Source: Ignavibacteriota bacterium (lineage in GTDB: Bacteria; Bacteroidota; Ignavibacteria; UBA10030). From it: a DNA stretch of 64,000 bases. The position numbers and the translations under genes were made by a program. Positions 25,175 through 35,866 of the stretch are shown piece by piece. The stretch covers positions 135,968 through 199,967 of the forward strand of contig CAVZWL010000009.1 in NCBI GenBank assembly GCA_963778945.1, given 5' to 3'. The notes under the pieces were generated by a model, which ran no database searches, was not told where the DNA came from, and worked only from the letters and a program-made list of their open reading frames with translations. Every line of letters begins with the position of its first letter. Within the stretch, counting starts at the first letter, position 1.

Positions 25175-27555
25175 TTATAACGCTTTTTCACTTCTGAGTC
25201 TATTATTATGCTTGTAACACAAAGAGTCCAAATATCTCCGGAATTGACCGTTTTGAGGAGATTCCCCAATGGCCCGTTCCGCAGCATCGAAAGCTTCCAT
25301 AGGAAGTTCGATACCGTCATAAGCTGAAGAAATTTCTTCAAAAAATTTTCCGCGTGTATTGGGGTCGGTACTGCGGGTTAATGAATCCTGAAGCAACGAT
25401 ATAATAGTGGAAAGTCTGGACGACGGGATTAGCCGCATCGAGAGCGTCGAGACGTTTTAAATATTCTTTGGATTCCGGCGCTTGGAGCTGATTCCCGAAA
25501 TGCCAAGCCCAGAGGAGACAGTTAAACGATAAAGGAGTCGAGCTCGAACGGCTTTCTGTAAAAAATGATATGCCTGAATATTGCAGCCCAAATCCCAGAG
25601 CATTTTTCCGGCATTATAAAGGTCCTCGGCTTTTATGCCGGGATCCGAGCGTGTGCCTGCATCATATAAAATCTGAGCAGCTCGTAGGAAGACATTCGAA
25701 GAAGAAATATACGTGTTCGCTGATAACGTATAGATGTGCTGAAGGTCGGCATGTGGCGGAAGCCCTGTCCGCCATCAATGCATGGAGAATAAGTTTTTGA
25801 TACTGAATTTCCGGTTGATACGGATATTGCTGTTCAAGCTTTGCAAAAATTTCTAAAGCTTCGGGATATCGTTCGGTGCGCAGCATGTGCCTCGCTTGAA
25901 CAAAAAAATCGGCTGCAGTGCCGGATGCCAGAAGAATCGATTTCTGGCATTAGACCGGAATCCGGGCTCTGTCAGCCTGTTATGAATTGCATAAACCCGC
26001 AGAGATCCGATCGTTGTCAAAAGCTCAAATCGGAATCGTCCGGATTCGGTTATGGCGGTAAAATATTCGGGAATGTTTCCAAAGATGTTCGATGTCAATA
26101 AATAATTTGCACCTTCTTCGCGTAAAAGCGACTCGAACATCGGAAGCGGGACTGCCCGGTTAATTTCCAAAAATTTGCATCTTTGGGGCAAAGGGAGCAA
26201 TATCTTTATACGGAGTTGCAACCACAGAACCTTCCGGTATATGCTCTTCAAACCATGTTTCCATACAGCGACCATGGAGTTGAAAAAAATGAAACAGACG
26301 CAGAAGAAGAGTTCGAGACTTTGAAAGGAGGCCGGTGTCAATCGGTAATGCTGATTGGTGCGTATAATTTCGGCAATGCAGATCAAGTTCGGAAATGCAA
26401 GAAGCAAAAAACCGGCCGTGCTGATCCAGCGGGTCCATCGATATTGAAAGATGCGTTCTGCGACACACTTCCCGGAGTCCAAGGAAGACATAGAACAGTG
26501 CAAAAGGAAAGATCGGGAAAAGAAACCGGATGTCGAGAACGGGGTACAGGAAAACGATGCACAAGATAGAAAACAAGGAAGAGCAGACGAAGCAAACCTT
26601 TCCGGAGGTCGGAAAAAATCCCAAATGCAAAGAGAGCAGAAAATATAGGAATAATGAAATATTTTCCGGCGCCAACTGCCGATAAAACGATATTGGAAAA
26701 ATTGCCCGGGCTGGCGAGTAGTGTGCCCGGAAAGGCATAAGCGATCATGCCTCCCAGCTCGGCAAGATGCCTGCTTCCGTTGATGAAGAGTCTCTGCACC
26801 AACTCCGTCATAAATGAAGCGTCCGGAGGCGTCACAAAGTGTTCAAATGTGTATTGGATATTATTGGACTGAGATGTTATGGGCATTTGTGCCGTGTTAT
26901 ATCGTATCCAGAAAAAATATGGCAGGGCGGCGGCTAGCAAAAACGGCAATGCTTTCCTTGAATTTTTTGGAAATAGCAGTGTAAGAATAATCGCAGCGGC
27001 CGCAAGGCAAATCCTATCTCCCGCACAAGCGGAAGAACGGCAATCAAGAGCAGGAACAGCGATTTTTGCAGAGGAGTCGGGTGAATTCTCAGAATAACGG
27101 TCCGCTAAAATGAGAATAAGAAAAAGCAGCACGAGGAAAGAAGTTTCGGAAAGAACTTCTGTCGAAAGAACGAGTGTAAACGGGTTGAAGCGCAAAAAGG
27201 AATGAAAGAAAAAGCGCTCCGTTCTCGCCGAGATGTTTGCGAGACCAGATGAAGAGAAGAAAAACAGCGAGTGAAGCCAATGTAAGTGTCACGATTTTTG
27301 CCGCGAGCGACGGAAAGCGGAAAGAAAAGAAAGACGGGAGAGAGAATAACGGCAAAAAATGGAGCATTGACGATATAGGACTCGGTCTCCGGCTGCGTGT
27401 TGTCGACAAGACCAGGCCATGAGCAAAAGCATTTCCCCAGATTACATACCGTGTGCTATCGGTATAAATCGAGAGGTCGTTCAGGCGCAAGAGCCCCAGA
27501 ATAAAAAAGACGGAGATAATCCCAAAAGGATAAAATAATTCTTTTGAATATTCAT
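25175..27555 (-). pseudogene. polytopic membrane protein (ArnT/PMT-type glycosyltransferase-like, tentative) with C-terminal TPR repeats, broken into at least 6 ORF fragments
   Basis: Overlapping minus-strand ORFs 27089-27490, 26383-27195, 26160-26738, 25853-26503, 25662-25886 and 25175-25438 read as one hydrophobic N-terminal region plus TPR-like helices (YPEALEIFAKLEQQYPYQPEIQYQ). Start ATG at 27555. Confidence 0.4.
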
Positions 27556-27656
27556 GGTTTTATGGTAACTGCTCAGCGAATTATGAAAGCCAATTTACAA
27601 TTAGTTTTTAGATATCCCATTGCAGATGTTCATCGCGGACGACGTCCAATATCATT

Positions 27657-27742
27657 CTGTAGCCGCGACCGCTGGTCGCGGGATGTTCCGACACCACCCT
27701 GCCCGCAATGGTTCATCTTGTGTCGGGCGGTGTCGGCTACAG
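27657..27742. repeat. divergent copy (C) of the structured intergenic element: ctgtagccg ... cggctacag enclosing covarying hairpins
   Basis: Same helix layout as copies at 34746 and 42445 (P1 ctgtagcc/ggctacag; hairpin gcgacc-gct-ggtcgc; conserved gatgttccgac; P2 ccgacacc/ggtgtcgg). Confidence 0.45.
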
Positions 27743-27834
27743 AAGTTCGTTGCGATAATTTAATTTACAAAGATAAAACTCACGCTGAATAATTACATTT
27801 TATGAATATATGTCATATTTCTTTTATTTGCATT

Positions 27835-28531
27835 CTAAGACAAGAGCTTCTTCGCTTTTTCAAAAACAGCATCGAACATCGGTTCGGTCAGGCGTTTGGT
27901 AAATGTGTTCTGCTGGCTTGGATGGAATGAACCTATAAGAGTAATGCTGTCATTCAGATGAAAACAGGCGCCGTGGCTGAACTTGAGGTTTGCACTTAGC
28001 GCTGTAGAAGGCCAAGTTCCCGATAACTTGCATGTAATGGCATCGAATCCGATTTTGCCGAGTCCGATGATGACCCTGACACTTTTTAAGTAATGTAATT
28101 TCTTCCAGCAAAAATGGGCGGCAGTTTCTTATTTCTTCTGGAAGCAGTTTATTCCGGGGCGGTGCGCATCGACAGCAGGCAGTAATAAAACAGTTCATAA
28201 GATGCATACCGTCGAGGCGGGAAATCGATTCTGGCTGCGACGCAAATCCGGCCTTCCAAAGAGCACGGAAAAGCCAGTCCCCGCTTTTATCGCCGGTAAA
28301 CATGCGTCCAGTCCGGTTGCCCCCATGCGCTGCGGGGGCCAGCCCGACAATCAAGACTTCAGCATGTGCATCGCCGAAACCGGGCAGCGGTTTTCCCCAA
28401 TAATCGCAATCGGCAAAGCGCCGCACTTTTTCCTTTGCGATTTTTTTGCGCCATAGAAGTAGGCGCGGGCATTTACGGCAGGCAATAATCGATGTCTGAA
28501 GTTCTTTGAGCGTTCTGTTTAAACGTGCCAA
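27835..28531 (-). CDS. uracil-DNA glycosylase, family 4/5 type (UdgB-like), frame change near 28080-28086 (T5 run); true stop inferred at 27835
   Basis: CRKCPRL Fe-S Cys motif and GLAPAAHGGNRTGRMFTGD. The conserved C-terminus GSFHPSQQNTF is in the shifted frame. Confidence 0.75.
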
Positions 28532-29322
28532 TGTTTTTTCAGGAATTCTAAAAGTATCCGGTTGAATTCATCTGTGTCTTCAAGATTGCTCATATGGGCG
28601 GAATGGGGCAGAATATGGAATTCCGAACCCGGACTTTTTCATGAAGAGTTTTCATAACGCTCGGCGGAGCGATGAGATCGCGCGCGCCGGCGAAAAAAAG
28701 GACGGGAATTATGAGAGAAGGAAACAGTGAAGTCGTGTCGGTCCTTGCTGCCAAAGCCAGTTGAGTGCCGCATAATCCCAGCGGTGAAGTGCTTTCAATG
28801 ATATTTTTAATAAGTATGACCGCTTCGGGATTATTCTACCACTGTCTCCGGAGAAAATATTTTTTTCAAATATTCTTCAGCAAACAAAGGTATGCCGTTG
28901 AGCTTAACATTCCGGATTGAATTTGCACGGTTAATTTTTGCTTCGTTTGTATCGGCTTCGCTTTTTGTGTTGCAGAGAATCAGTCCCTGCACGAGATCAG
29001 GGCGGCATTGAAGCGCTCTCTGCGCTATATATCCTCCCATGGAAAGTCCGCAAAGGACTGCTTTTGAAATTTGAAGATAATCAAGCAAGGCGATCAGGTC
29101 GTCGACAAAGAGGTCGATCGTATATTGTCCGTCGCCGACATCGCTTGCCCCCGATCCACGGATATCGGGAGCAATAGCACGCACAGAATCAGGCAAAAAA
29201 TTCAACTGCGGCTGCCACATAGCCCCGCTGAAAGGGAAGCCGTGAAGGAAAACCAACGGCAAGCCGTCCGAATGGCCATGCTCGATGTAATGAATAAATG
29301 TTCCGTTGACGTTGACAAGCAT
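28519..29322 (-). CDS. alpha/beta hydrolase fold protein, at least two frame changes (near 28830-28860 and 28620)
   Basis: PLVFLHGFPFSG oxyanion region, nucleophile elbow GLSMGG, and C-terminal ...AHMSNLEDTDEFNRILLEFLKK in other frames. Overlaps the UDG start by 13 nt. Confidence 0.6.
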
Positions 29323-29325
29323 ATC

Positions 29326-29575
29326 TTTAGTTCGTAGTTCTTAGTTCGTAGTTCGTAGTTCGTAGTCGTGCTGTGGTGCTGTCGTGTTGAAGTTCAAGGT
29401 TGTTGAGTTATTTGGTTACTTGGTCATTTGGCTTAGTTCATTTAAGTTGACAATTCTCAGATTACGAATTAAGCACTAAGTCACTAAGAACCTTTATCCA
29501 TTCACCGTTTATGACTTTTAAGTTCTCTGATTCTTCGTAACTATGCACTAAGAACTACGCACTACGAACTTTTCT
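29326..29575. repeat. heptamer tract: ttcgtag ttcttag ttcgtag x3 decaying into gt-rich heptamers, closed by an inverted actaagaactacgcactacgaac arm
   Basis: Read directly. Fills the whole hydrolase-gltA intergenic spacer. Confidence 0.7.
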
Positions 29576-29582
29576 CACCGTT

Positions 29583-30872
29583 CTACTTCCTCTCATTCAT
29601 TGCAACATAGTTTCTCTCACCGTTTCCGAGATAAATCTGGCGCGGACGCGCGATTTTTTGTTCCGTATCGGTAATATGTTCATGCCATTGTGTCAGCCAG
29701 CCGATAGTACGCCCGATTGCGAAAAGTACCGTGAAGAATTCCGTAGGGAAACCCATAGCTTGATATATAAGCCCTGAGTAGAAATCTACGTTCGGATAAA
29801 GTTTACGTTTGATAAAATATTCGTCTTCGAGAGCTATTTTTTCCAGAGCTAATGCGAGATCGAGTTTTGGATTGCTTCCTGTGATTTTAAAAACATCATA
29901 TGCAAGCTTCTTGATCACTTTTGCACGAGGATCGTAATTTTTATATACACGATGCCCGAATCCCATCAGTTTTCCTTTGCCTTCTTTTATATTTTTGATA
30001 AAGTCTGGAACATTTTCCAGGTGATCGATCTCGTCCAGCATTTTAAGTACTTCTTCATTTGCTCCGCCGTGAAGCGGACCCGACAAGGCAGCGGCAGCGC
30101 CTGCCGCCGCAGCATACGGATTGGCATGCGAACTGCCGATGCTTCTCATGACATTAGCGCTGCAGTTTTGTTCGTGATCTGCATGAAGAATAAACAAAAC
30201 AGTCATGGCATGTTCGAGAACCGGATTGACATTCGGAGCGGCAGTGCCCGGATTGAACATCATATTGAGAAAATTTTCAGCATAGGTCAGTTTGGTATCC
30301 GGATATATATACGGCATTCCTATGGAATGACGATACACCCATGCTGCGATCGTCGGAACCTGACCCATGAAACGGTAAACCTGCTGCATACGGATTTCCG
30401 GATCATGTATATTCTGCGCTTCGGGATAAAACGTAGAAAGAGCGGCAAGAGCGCTGGTAAAGACTCCCATCGGATGCGCTTCCCTGTAAAATCCTTCGAT
30501 AATTTTTTTTACATTGTCATGAACCAGACTGTGCGTCTTGATGTTCAAACGCCATTTTTCGAGCTGCGCTTTAGTCGGCAATTCGCCGTAAAAGAGGAGG
30601 TATGCAGTTTCAAGAAACGATGTGCTGTTTTCGGCAAGCTGTTCGATGGGATAGCCGCGGTACCGGAGGATTCCTTTGTCGCCGTCGATAAATGTGATCT
30701 TGCTTTTTACGGATGAAGTATTCATAAATGCAGGATCATAGGTCATCAAACCGAAATCTTCCTCGTTGACTTTTATTTTGCGCAGATCCGTTGCACGTAT
30801 CGTTTCGTTTTCGATAGGGATGTCGTATTGTTTCCCGGTTCGATTGTCGGTAATGGTGATCGTATCTGCCAT
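29583..30872 (-). CDS. gltA: citrate synthase
   Basis: 429 aa, intact. GPLHGGANEEV, HRVYKNYDPRA and DFYSG motifs. Confidence 0.92.
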   Translation of the reverse strand: MADTITITDNRTGKQYDIPIENETIRATDLRKIKVNEEDFGLMTYDPAFMNTSSVKSKITFIDGDKGILRYRGYPIEQLAENSTSFLETAYLLFYGELPTKAQLEKWRLNIKTHSLVHDNVKKIIEGFYREAHPMGVFTSALAALSTFYPEAQNIHDPEIRMQQVYRFMGQVPTIAAWVYRHSIGMPYIYPDTKLTYAENFLNMMFNPGTAAPNVNPVLEHAMTVLFILHADHEQNCSANVMRSIGSSHANPYAAAAGAAAALSGPLHGGANEEVLKMLDEIDHLENVPDFIKNIKEGKGKLMGFGHRVYKNYDPRAKVIKKLAYDVFKITGSNPKLDLALALEKIALEDEYFIKRKLYPNVDFYSGLIYQAMGFPTEFFTVLFAIGRTIGWLTQWHEHITDTEQKIARPRQIYLGNGERNYVAMNERK

Positions 30873-31195
30873 CGAAATATCTCCTTATGATAAGCGTTAA
30901 AAGTATCCCAACAAATGAATAATAAACAAATAATATTGAAAATCTCCAAAGAATATTAATGAATATGCGTTTATTTATAATAATTATTCCGGCTGCTTTG
31001 AATATGGATATAAAAGTATTGACAATTGCACAAGAAATCTTTAAATAGAAATGAAGGCAAGGCGGATATCGCGGGGCAATGTCTCTTCAAACTCATACTT
31101 ATTAAAAAAAGAAGCAGTAATGCAGGTGAACAACGGAATGGCGAAGAATATCCTGACGCTCAACTGACGTTATAACGCATCAAAAGGACAACATC

Positions 31196-31645
31196 ATGAG
31201 GACAGTCATCTTACTTTTAATGCTTATGCCAATAATGCCAAGTTATGCACAGGAACATGACTCGATTTCCAGACTGATCATCGGAATGGAAAAGTCAGCT
31301 TTGGAAAGATGGAATCAGGGTGACCCGTCCGGATTTCTTGAAATATCTGCAAATGATGTCGTCTATTTCGACCCGATGAGGGATCAGAGATTGGATGGAC
31401 TCGATCAATTGACGCCCTTATATGAGAAAATACGAGGAAAAATCCGTGCAGAGAAATATGAGATGATCAATCCCAAAGTCCAAGCGGTCGATAGCATGGC
31501 CGTCCTGACCTATAATTTGATCTCCTATTCCGGAGAGTCGCAGCATAAGTGGAATTGTACGGAAGTATACCGTCTGGAGAAGGACGGCAGGTGGAGAATT
31601 ATTCAGACCCATTGGTCCTTTACGAATCTGAACATCAAGCAATGA
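31196..31645 (+). CDS. secreted NTF2-like (SnoaL/DUF4440-type) protein
   Basis: Signal peptide MRTVILLLMLMPIMPSYAQ. About 130-aa body with W..GD pattern typical of DUF4440. Recognition is moderate. Confidence 0.45.
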   Translation: MRTVILLLMLMPIMPSYAQEHDSISRLIIGMEKSALERWNQGDPSGFLEISANDVVYFDPMRDQRLDGLDQLTPLYEKIRGKIRAEKYEMINPKVQAVDSMAVLTYNLISYSGESQHKWNCTEVYRLEKDGRWRIIQTHWSFTNLNIKQ

Positions 31646-31700
31646 GCAATACGCCGTTTCCACGAAGTCTCGATCCGTATTCATAAGGGGACAAAATAAT

Positions 31701-32057
31701 ATGAATCATCAAAACATTCCGTTTCAAACAATCGATTGGACGTCGATCCCCAAAGAAGAACATCCTGGAGAGATTGGAAAAGCATATTGGCAGACCGTTC
31801 AATTCCAGGGATTGAGAATCAGAATCGTCGAATATTCGAAGGGCTATAGAGCCGACCATTGGTGTCAAAAAGGACATATTGTCCATTGTCTGGAAGGTGA
31901 ATTTATAAGTGAACTTCAGGACGGTAAAAGATTCTCTCTGACCAAAGGAATGACGTACATCGTATCGGATGAATTGAGCGCACATCGTTCAATTTCAAAA
32001 ACCAGCGTCAAATTGATGATTATCGATGGGGATTTTTTAAAGCTTAAAACCGAATAA
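31701..32057 (+). CDS. small cupin-fold protein (DHCW-motif cupin-like)
   Basis: 118 aa. The ADHWCQKGHIVHCLEGEF segment resembles the DHCW-motif cupin family. Confidence 0.5.
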   Translation: MNHQNIPFQTIDWTSIPKEEHPGEIGKAYWQTVQFQGLRIRIVEYSKGYRADHWCQKGHIVHCLEGEFISELQDGKRFSLTKGMTYIVSDELSAHRSISKTSVKLMIIDGDFLKLKTE

Positions 32058-32090
32058 AAAATACATACAATCAAATCGGAGGGTTGAGCG

Positions 32091-32531
32091 ATGTCTTTCC
32101 TGTCTTATTTCGATTTAAATAAACGTTCATCGCGAAAAAATATCTTTCAAGATGCCGAGATCTCCCAATCGATGAACGCAGCCGGAGAGAACGCGCCTGA
32201 ATCTGCTGATTTTAAAAAAAAGAGTGCAACTGAAACGGATGAGCGCTCCATGTCGCTTTGGGAACAAGCAGTGATCTACCTCGGAATTGTTGCCGGCGTG
32301 CTTTTCAGCTCCGCGGCCATGCAAATGAAATCGGATACTCCTATAAACATAAATATTTCTGCTTCAAGTATATTGGTGTCTCTGATTATTGCCTTTGTCA
32401 TTTTGCCCGCCGCATATGAAAAGCTCGATGTCAATCCGGCGTCTCCTCTCCTGATCCGAATCGGATTGGCCGTTCAGCATGGCGTTTTTTGGCAGGTCCT
32501 CTTCGGCTCCATAGGGAAAATGCTCTGCTAA
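32091..32531 (+). CDS. hypothetical membrane protein
   Basis: 146 aa with 3 predicted hydrophobic helices and no recognisable motif. Confidence 0.4.
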   Translation: MSFLSYFDLNKRSSRKNIFQDAEISQSMNAAGENAPESADFKKKSATETDERSMSLWEQAVIYLGIVAGVLFSSAAMQMKSDTPININISASSILVSLIIAFVILPAAYEKLDVNPASPLLIRIGLAVQHGVFWQVLFGSIGKMLC

Positions 32532-32799
32532 GAATTAATATCTGTCGACTTGCGAACTGCCGTGCAGTAAAAAAATACGCTTTGAGCGTGTTGCATTTTA
32601 ATTCTTCAGCCGCTTTGCGAATGTCTACTTTTTTGCTGCGGCAGTCATTCAGTCAGATTCTTCGTTCCTCATCTCTCGTCCTTCTGCAAGGTTGAATTCC
32701 GAGTATTATTTCGAGACATTGTTCAGAGTCAAAGAGCATCGAAGGTTTCTCGTGGACGAATGAATAACCGTTGACAGGAGTGATATAAGATCATCTGAA

Positions 32800-33498
32800 T
32801 TGTTACGAACAAAGGTTATGGAACCGAATCAGGAAATAAAGGAATTCATATACGAACTTGAACGTCATTCCGGCCGCGATTTGCATTTTCCCCGCGAACT
32901 CGGAATCCTTCTGGAAACTGTCAGACAGACCGGCTTGGTCGGCGATGTTGACGATATTCTTATGAGAAGTAAGTTTACCGTTAAAACAATTGAATTAATC
33001 AAACGGATCGGGCCAAATGCCGAAGGGGCGGATAAACTCGAAGCGGAGTTTCAAGCAGGGATGAGAGATATCAAGGCATCGATTAAAAAAATCACAGCTC
33101 GTCTTCCTGAGCGTGATGCAGAAACAATGCATGACACTTTTTTTTCAGTGAATGAAGCATGTTTTGAGAATTTTATCGGCTTGCTTGCCGATTTTGCACT
33201 CATGAAAAATTGGACGCTGGACGGCAAACCACTGCCTTTTGGAGATGAGGCGCTTCCTTCCGATAAAAGAAAAAGAGACATTGAAAAATTGAAAGAGCAG
33301 ACTGCAGGATTGAACCGTATTGAAAAGAGTTCGATTTTAGTCGCATTCATGTTCATTATGTTTCTGCTGCTCGATCCTCCGGCAACGTCGATTGCATGGA
33401 TTTTTATCTTCGGAATTCTGCTTTCTCTTTCATATATTTTTATACAGAGCCGTTTCTTAAAGCGGGTATCATCATCTATAGATCGCGGTAAAAAATGA
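32800..33498 (+). CDS. hypothetical protein with two C-terminal TM helices (start may be ATG 32818)
   Basis: ORF only. Helical soluble domain then a hydrophobic tail. Its stop overlaps the next gene's start (ATGA). Confidence 0.4.
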   Translation: MLRTKVMEPNQEIKEFIYELERHSGRDLHFPRELGILLETVRQTGLVGDVDDILMRSKFTVKTIELIKRIGPNAEGADKLEAEFQAGMRDIKASIKKITARLPERDAETMHDTFFSVNEACFENFIGLLADFALMKNWTLDGKPLPFGDEALPSDKRKRDIEKLKEQTAGLNRIEKSSILVAFMFIMFLLLDPPATSIAWIFIFGILLSLSYIFIQSRFLKRVSSSIDRGKK

Positions 33499-34742
33499 AA
33501 ATCAGCGTAATTCAAAAAACAGCAATCTTCTTTTTGATTATCATTTGCCATTCATTTGCCGGCAACGGTAAAGTCAAAACGGGCATCGATGTGCTGCGGG
33601 ATCACAACTATGACGTTTTACAGGGAAAACGCATCGGTCTGATTACGAATGCAACGGGTATTACGGCAGACTTGCAAAGCACAATCGATGTTCTCTTTTC
33701 CGCACCGGATGTAAAACTCGTGGCGCTTTTTAGCCCCGAACACGGCATACGCGGCGACGTCGATGCAGGTAAAGCCCTGGACATGTATACCGACCAGCGG
33801 ACAGGATTGCCGGTCTACTCTCTCTTCGGAAAAACACGAAAACCGACACGGGAAATGCTGCAGGGAATCGATGTGCTTGTCTACGATATTCAGGATATCG
33901 GCGTCCGGTCATATACCTTTATCTCGACAATGGGACTCGCAATGGAGGCAGCCGCGGAGAATAAAATTCAATTCGTCGTCCTCGACCGTCCTGATCCGTT
34001 GACCGGAGACCGGGTGGAAGGGGCGATGGTGGATCAGCAATATAAATCATTTGTCAGCGCTTATTCGATTCCCTATGTGTACGGCATGACGGCGGGGGAA
34101 CTGGCAGAAATGATCAACGGCGAGCATTGGCTGAATGGTTCCGGAATTTGCAGCCTGACTGTTGTTCCGATGCAGGGATGGAAACGTTCGATGTGGTGGG
34201 ATGAAACAGGATTGGTCTGGGTGCCGACCTCGCCTCATATCCCTCATTCGTTTACGACAATGTTTTATGTATTGACAGGCCTGCTGGGGGAACTCGGAAC
34301 AGCCAATCAAGGAATCGGCTATACGCTTCCGTTTGAATTGGTCGGTGCGCCGTGGATGGATGGTTATGTCCTTGCTCGGTATCTCAACAGTCTCAATATG
34401 CCCGGCGTTGAATTCCGGACTATTTCCTATATTCCATTCTATAAAGACACAACCGGAATCCGCTATAAGGGGGTTCAGATTCATGTGGTCGACAGAGACA
34501 GGATGAACATGACACAGATACAGATGAATATCCTGGAAGCTCTTATCCAGCTGTTTCCGGACTACAATATTTTTTCCCGGGCCAAACCTGACCGCCTCCT
34601 GGCGTTCGACAAAGTTGTCGGGTCGGACGATATTCGGCGCCATCTTCAAAGCGGGATAGGTGTACAGGAGATACTGCGGCAGATCGATCTGCAGGTAAAG
34701 GAATTCAAGAAGAGCCGCTCTAAGTATCTGATGTACCAGTGA
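33495..34742 (+). CDS. DUF1343 family protein (exo-beta-N-acetylmuramidase NamZ-like)
   Basis: 415 aa with signal peptide. GIDVL...LQGKRIGLITNATG and LFSPEHGIRG motifs are characteristic of DUF1343. Confidence 0.75.
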   Translation: MKISVIQKTAIFFLIIICHSFAGNGKVKTGIDVLRDHNYDVLQGKRIGLITNATGITADLQSTIDVLFSAPDVKLVALFSPEHGIRGDVDAGKALDMYTDQRTGLPVYSLFGKTRKPTREMLQGIDVLVYDIQDIGVRSYTFISTMGLAMEAAAENKIQFVVLDRPDPLTGDRVEGAMVDQQYKSFVSAYSIPYVYGMTAGELAEMINGEHWLNGSGICSLTVVPMQGWKRSMWWDETGLVWVPTSPHIPHSFTTMFYVLTGLLGELGTANQGIGYTLPFELVGAPWMDGYVLARYLNSLNMPGVEFRTISYIPFYKDTTGIRYKGVQIHVVDRDRMNMTQIQMNILEALIQLFPDYNIFSRAKPDRLLAFDKVVGSDDIRRHLQSGIGVQEILRQIDLQVKEFKKSRSKYLMYQ

Positions 34743-34745
34743 AAC

Positions 34746-34903
34746 ACATGTTCTTGATGTTCATGATTTTTCCTGTAGTCCCGGAAATATTGAAGATATT
34801 TTCGGGATGCCCGCGGAGGATTCCCGACGTCATCTTGCCCGCCGCAGGAGCGCGCCGTTGGCTACAAAAACAACGGTACATCAAAATACACTGGGTAGCT
34901 ACT
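34746..34903 (+). repeat. copy A of a ~155-nt conserved intergenic element (candidate structured RNA or MITE-like repeat)
   Basis: The 5' block acatgttcttgatgttcatgattttt-cctgtagtc and the 3' block cgccgttggctacaaaaacaacggtacatcaaaatacactggg are near-identical to 42445-42596. The internal hairpin differs in sequence but not in position. Confidence 0.55.
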
Positions 34904-35147
34904 AAAAATGAGCATTGCATTTCAGCGATTGCTTTTTTATCTTAAGTAAACCACTATGTGCTTATCGAATCTATTATTGTTTAATTGTGATGGAGAAAAA
35001 AACTGCGGGTCAATACGACCGTAACGCAAGACCGCTGAGCGCAGAAAAAAAACTCAAGGTCGAAAAGTCTCCTCTCGCATCATTCCTCTCATTCTTCCAA
35101 AATAGTGACGGCACCGCAGGGCTTCACGCCGGTGTGAAAGGCATGGC

Positions 35148-35864
35148 ATGTTTCTTTCCGTCATGAAAATACTCTACCTGATGCCGGTTTCGATTGTGCT
35201 GTCGACTCTTGCATTTTTCAGCATTCCTTTCGATCGAGAGGGGGATGTATACCGCTGGATTTCCGTCGTTTGGTCAAAATTTATTTTACGAACATTCGGC
35301 ATCCGTGTTCATGTATCGGGACTGGAGCATATCGATCTGACGAAGCATTATGTCTATGTGACCAATCATGCGAGCATGTTTGATATTCCGGCTGTTCTGG
35401 CTTCGATTCCGGACAAAATAAACATTGTGTTCAAAAAGGAGCTGTCGATAGTTCCCATCTGGGGCTGGGCGCTCCGGTACGGACATTTTATTATGATCGA
35501 CCGTTCCAACCCGCGTGCAGCAATGCAGAGCATCGACCGTGCTGCTGCGGCTATCAGGAACGGAAAGTCGGTACTTCTTTTTGCGGAAGGCACAAGAACC
35601 AGGGACGGCAAATTGCAGGATTTTAAACGAGGTGCGTTTTCAATTGCCGTAAAAGCTAAAACGCCCGTTGTTCCTGTAACGATCAATAACACCTTTAAAA
35701 TTATGCCGAAAGGATCGTTGAATATCCGTCCAGCCGATATTTTCCTGATCCTGGAAAAACCGATTTCCACCGACCACATTACCGATAAATCCGGAGAGCA
35801 GCTTCTCATGACGGAAGTCCAAAAGGCAATCGAAAATCATTATGTCGATCAATCACAAGGATAA
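35148..35864 (+). CDS. plsC: 1-acyl-sn-glycerol-3-phosphate acyltransferase
   Basis: NHASMFD (HX4D) and FAEGTRTRDG motifs. Confidence 0.8.
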   Translation: MFLSVMKILYLMPVSIVLSTLAFFSIPFDREGDVYRWISVVWSKFILRTFGIRVHVSGLEHIDLTKHYVYVTNHASMFDIPAVLASIPDKINIVFKKELSIVPIWGWALRYGHFIMIDRSNPRAAMQSIDRAAAAIRNGKSVLLFAEGTRTRDGKLQDFKRGAFSIAVKAKTPVVPVTINNTFKIMPKGSLNIRPADIFLILEKPISTDHITDKSGEQLLMTEVQKAIENHYVDQSQG

Positions 35865-35866
35865 CC

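Noticed and set aside
34915-35166. 83-aa ORF upstream of plsC.
   Set aside because: It has no motif and begins inside the tail of repeat element A. It more likely belongs to the plsC leader region, and there is not enough support to call a gene.
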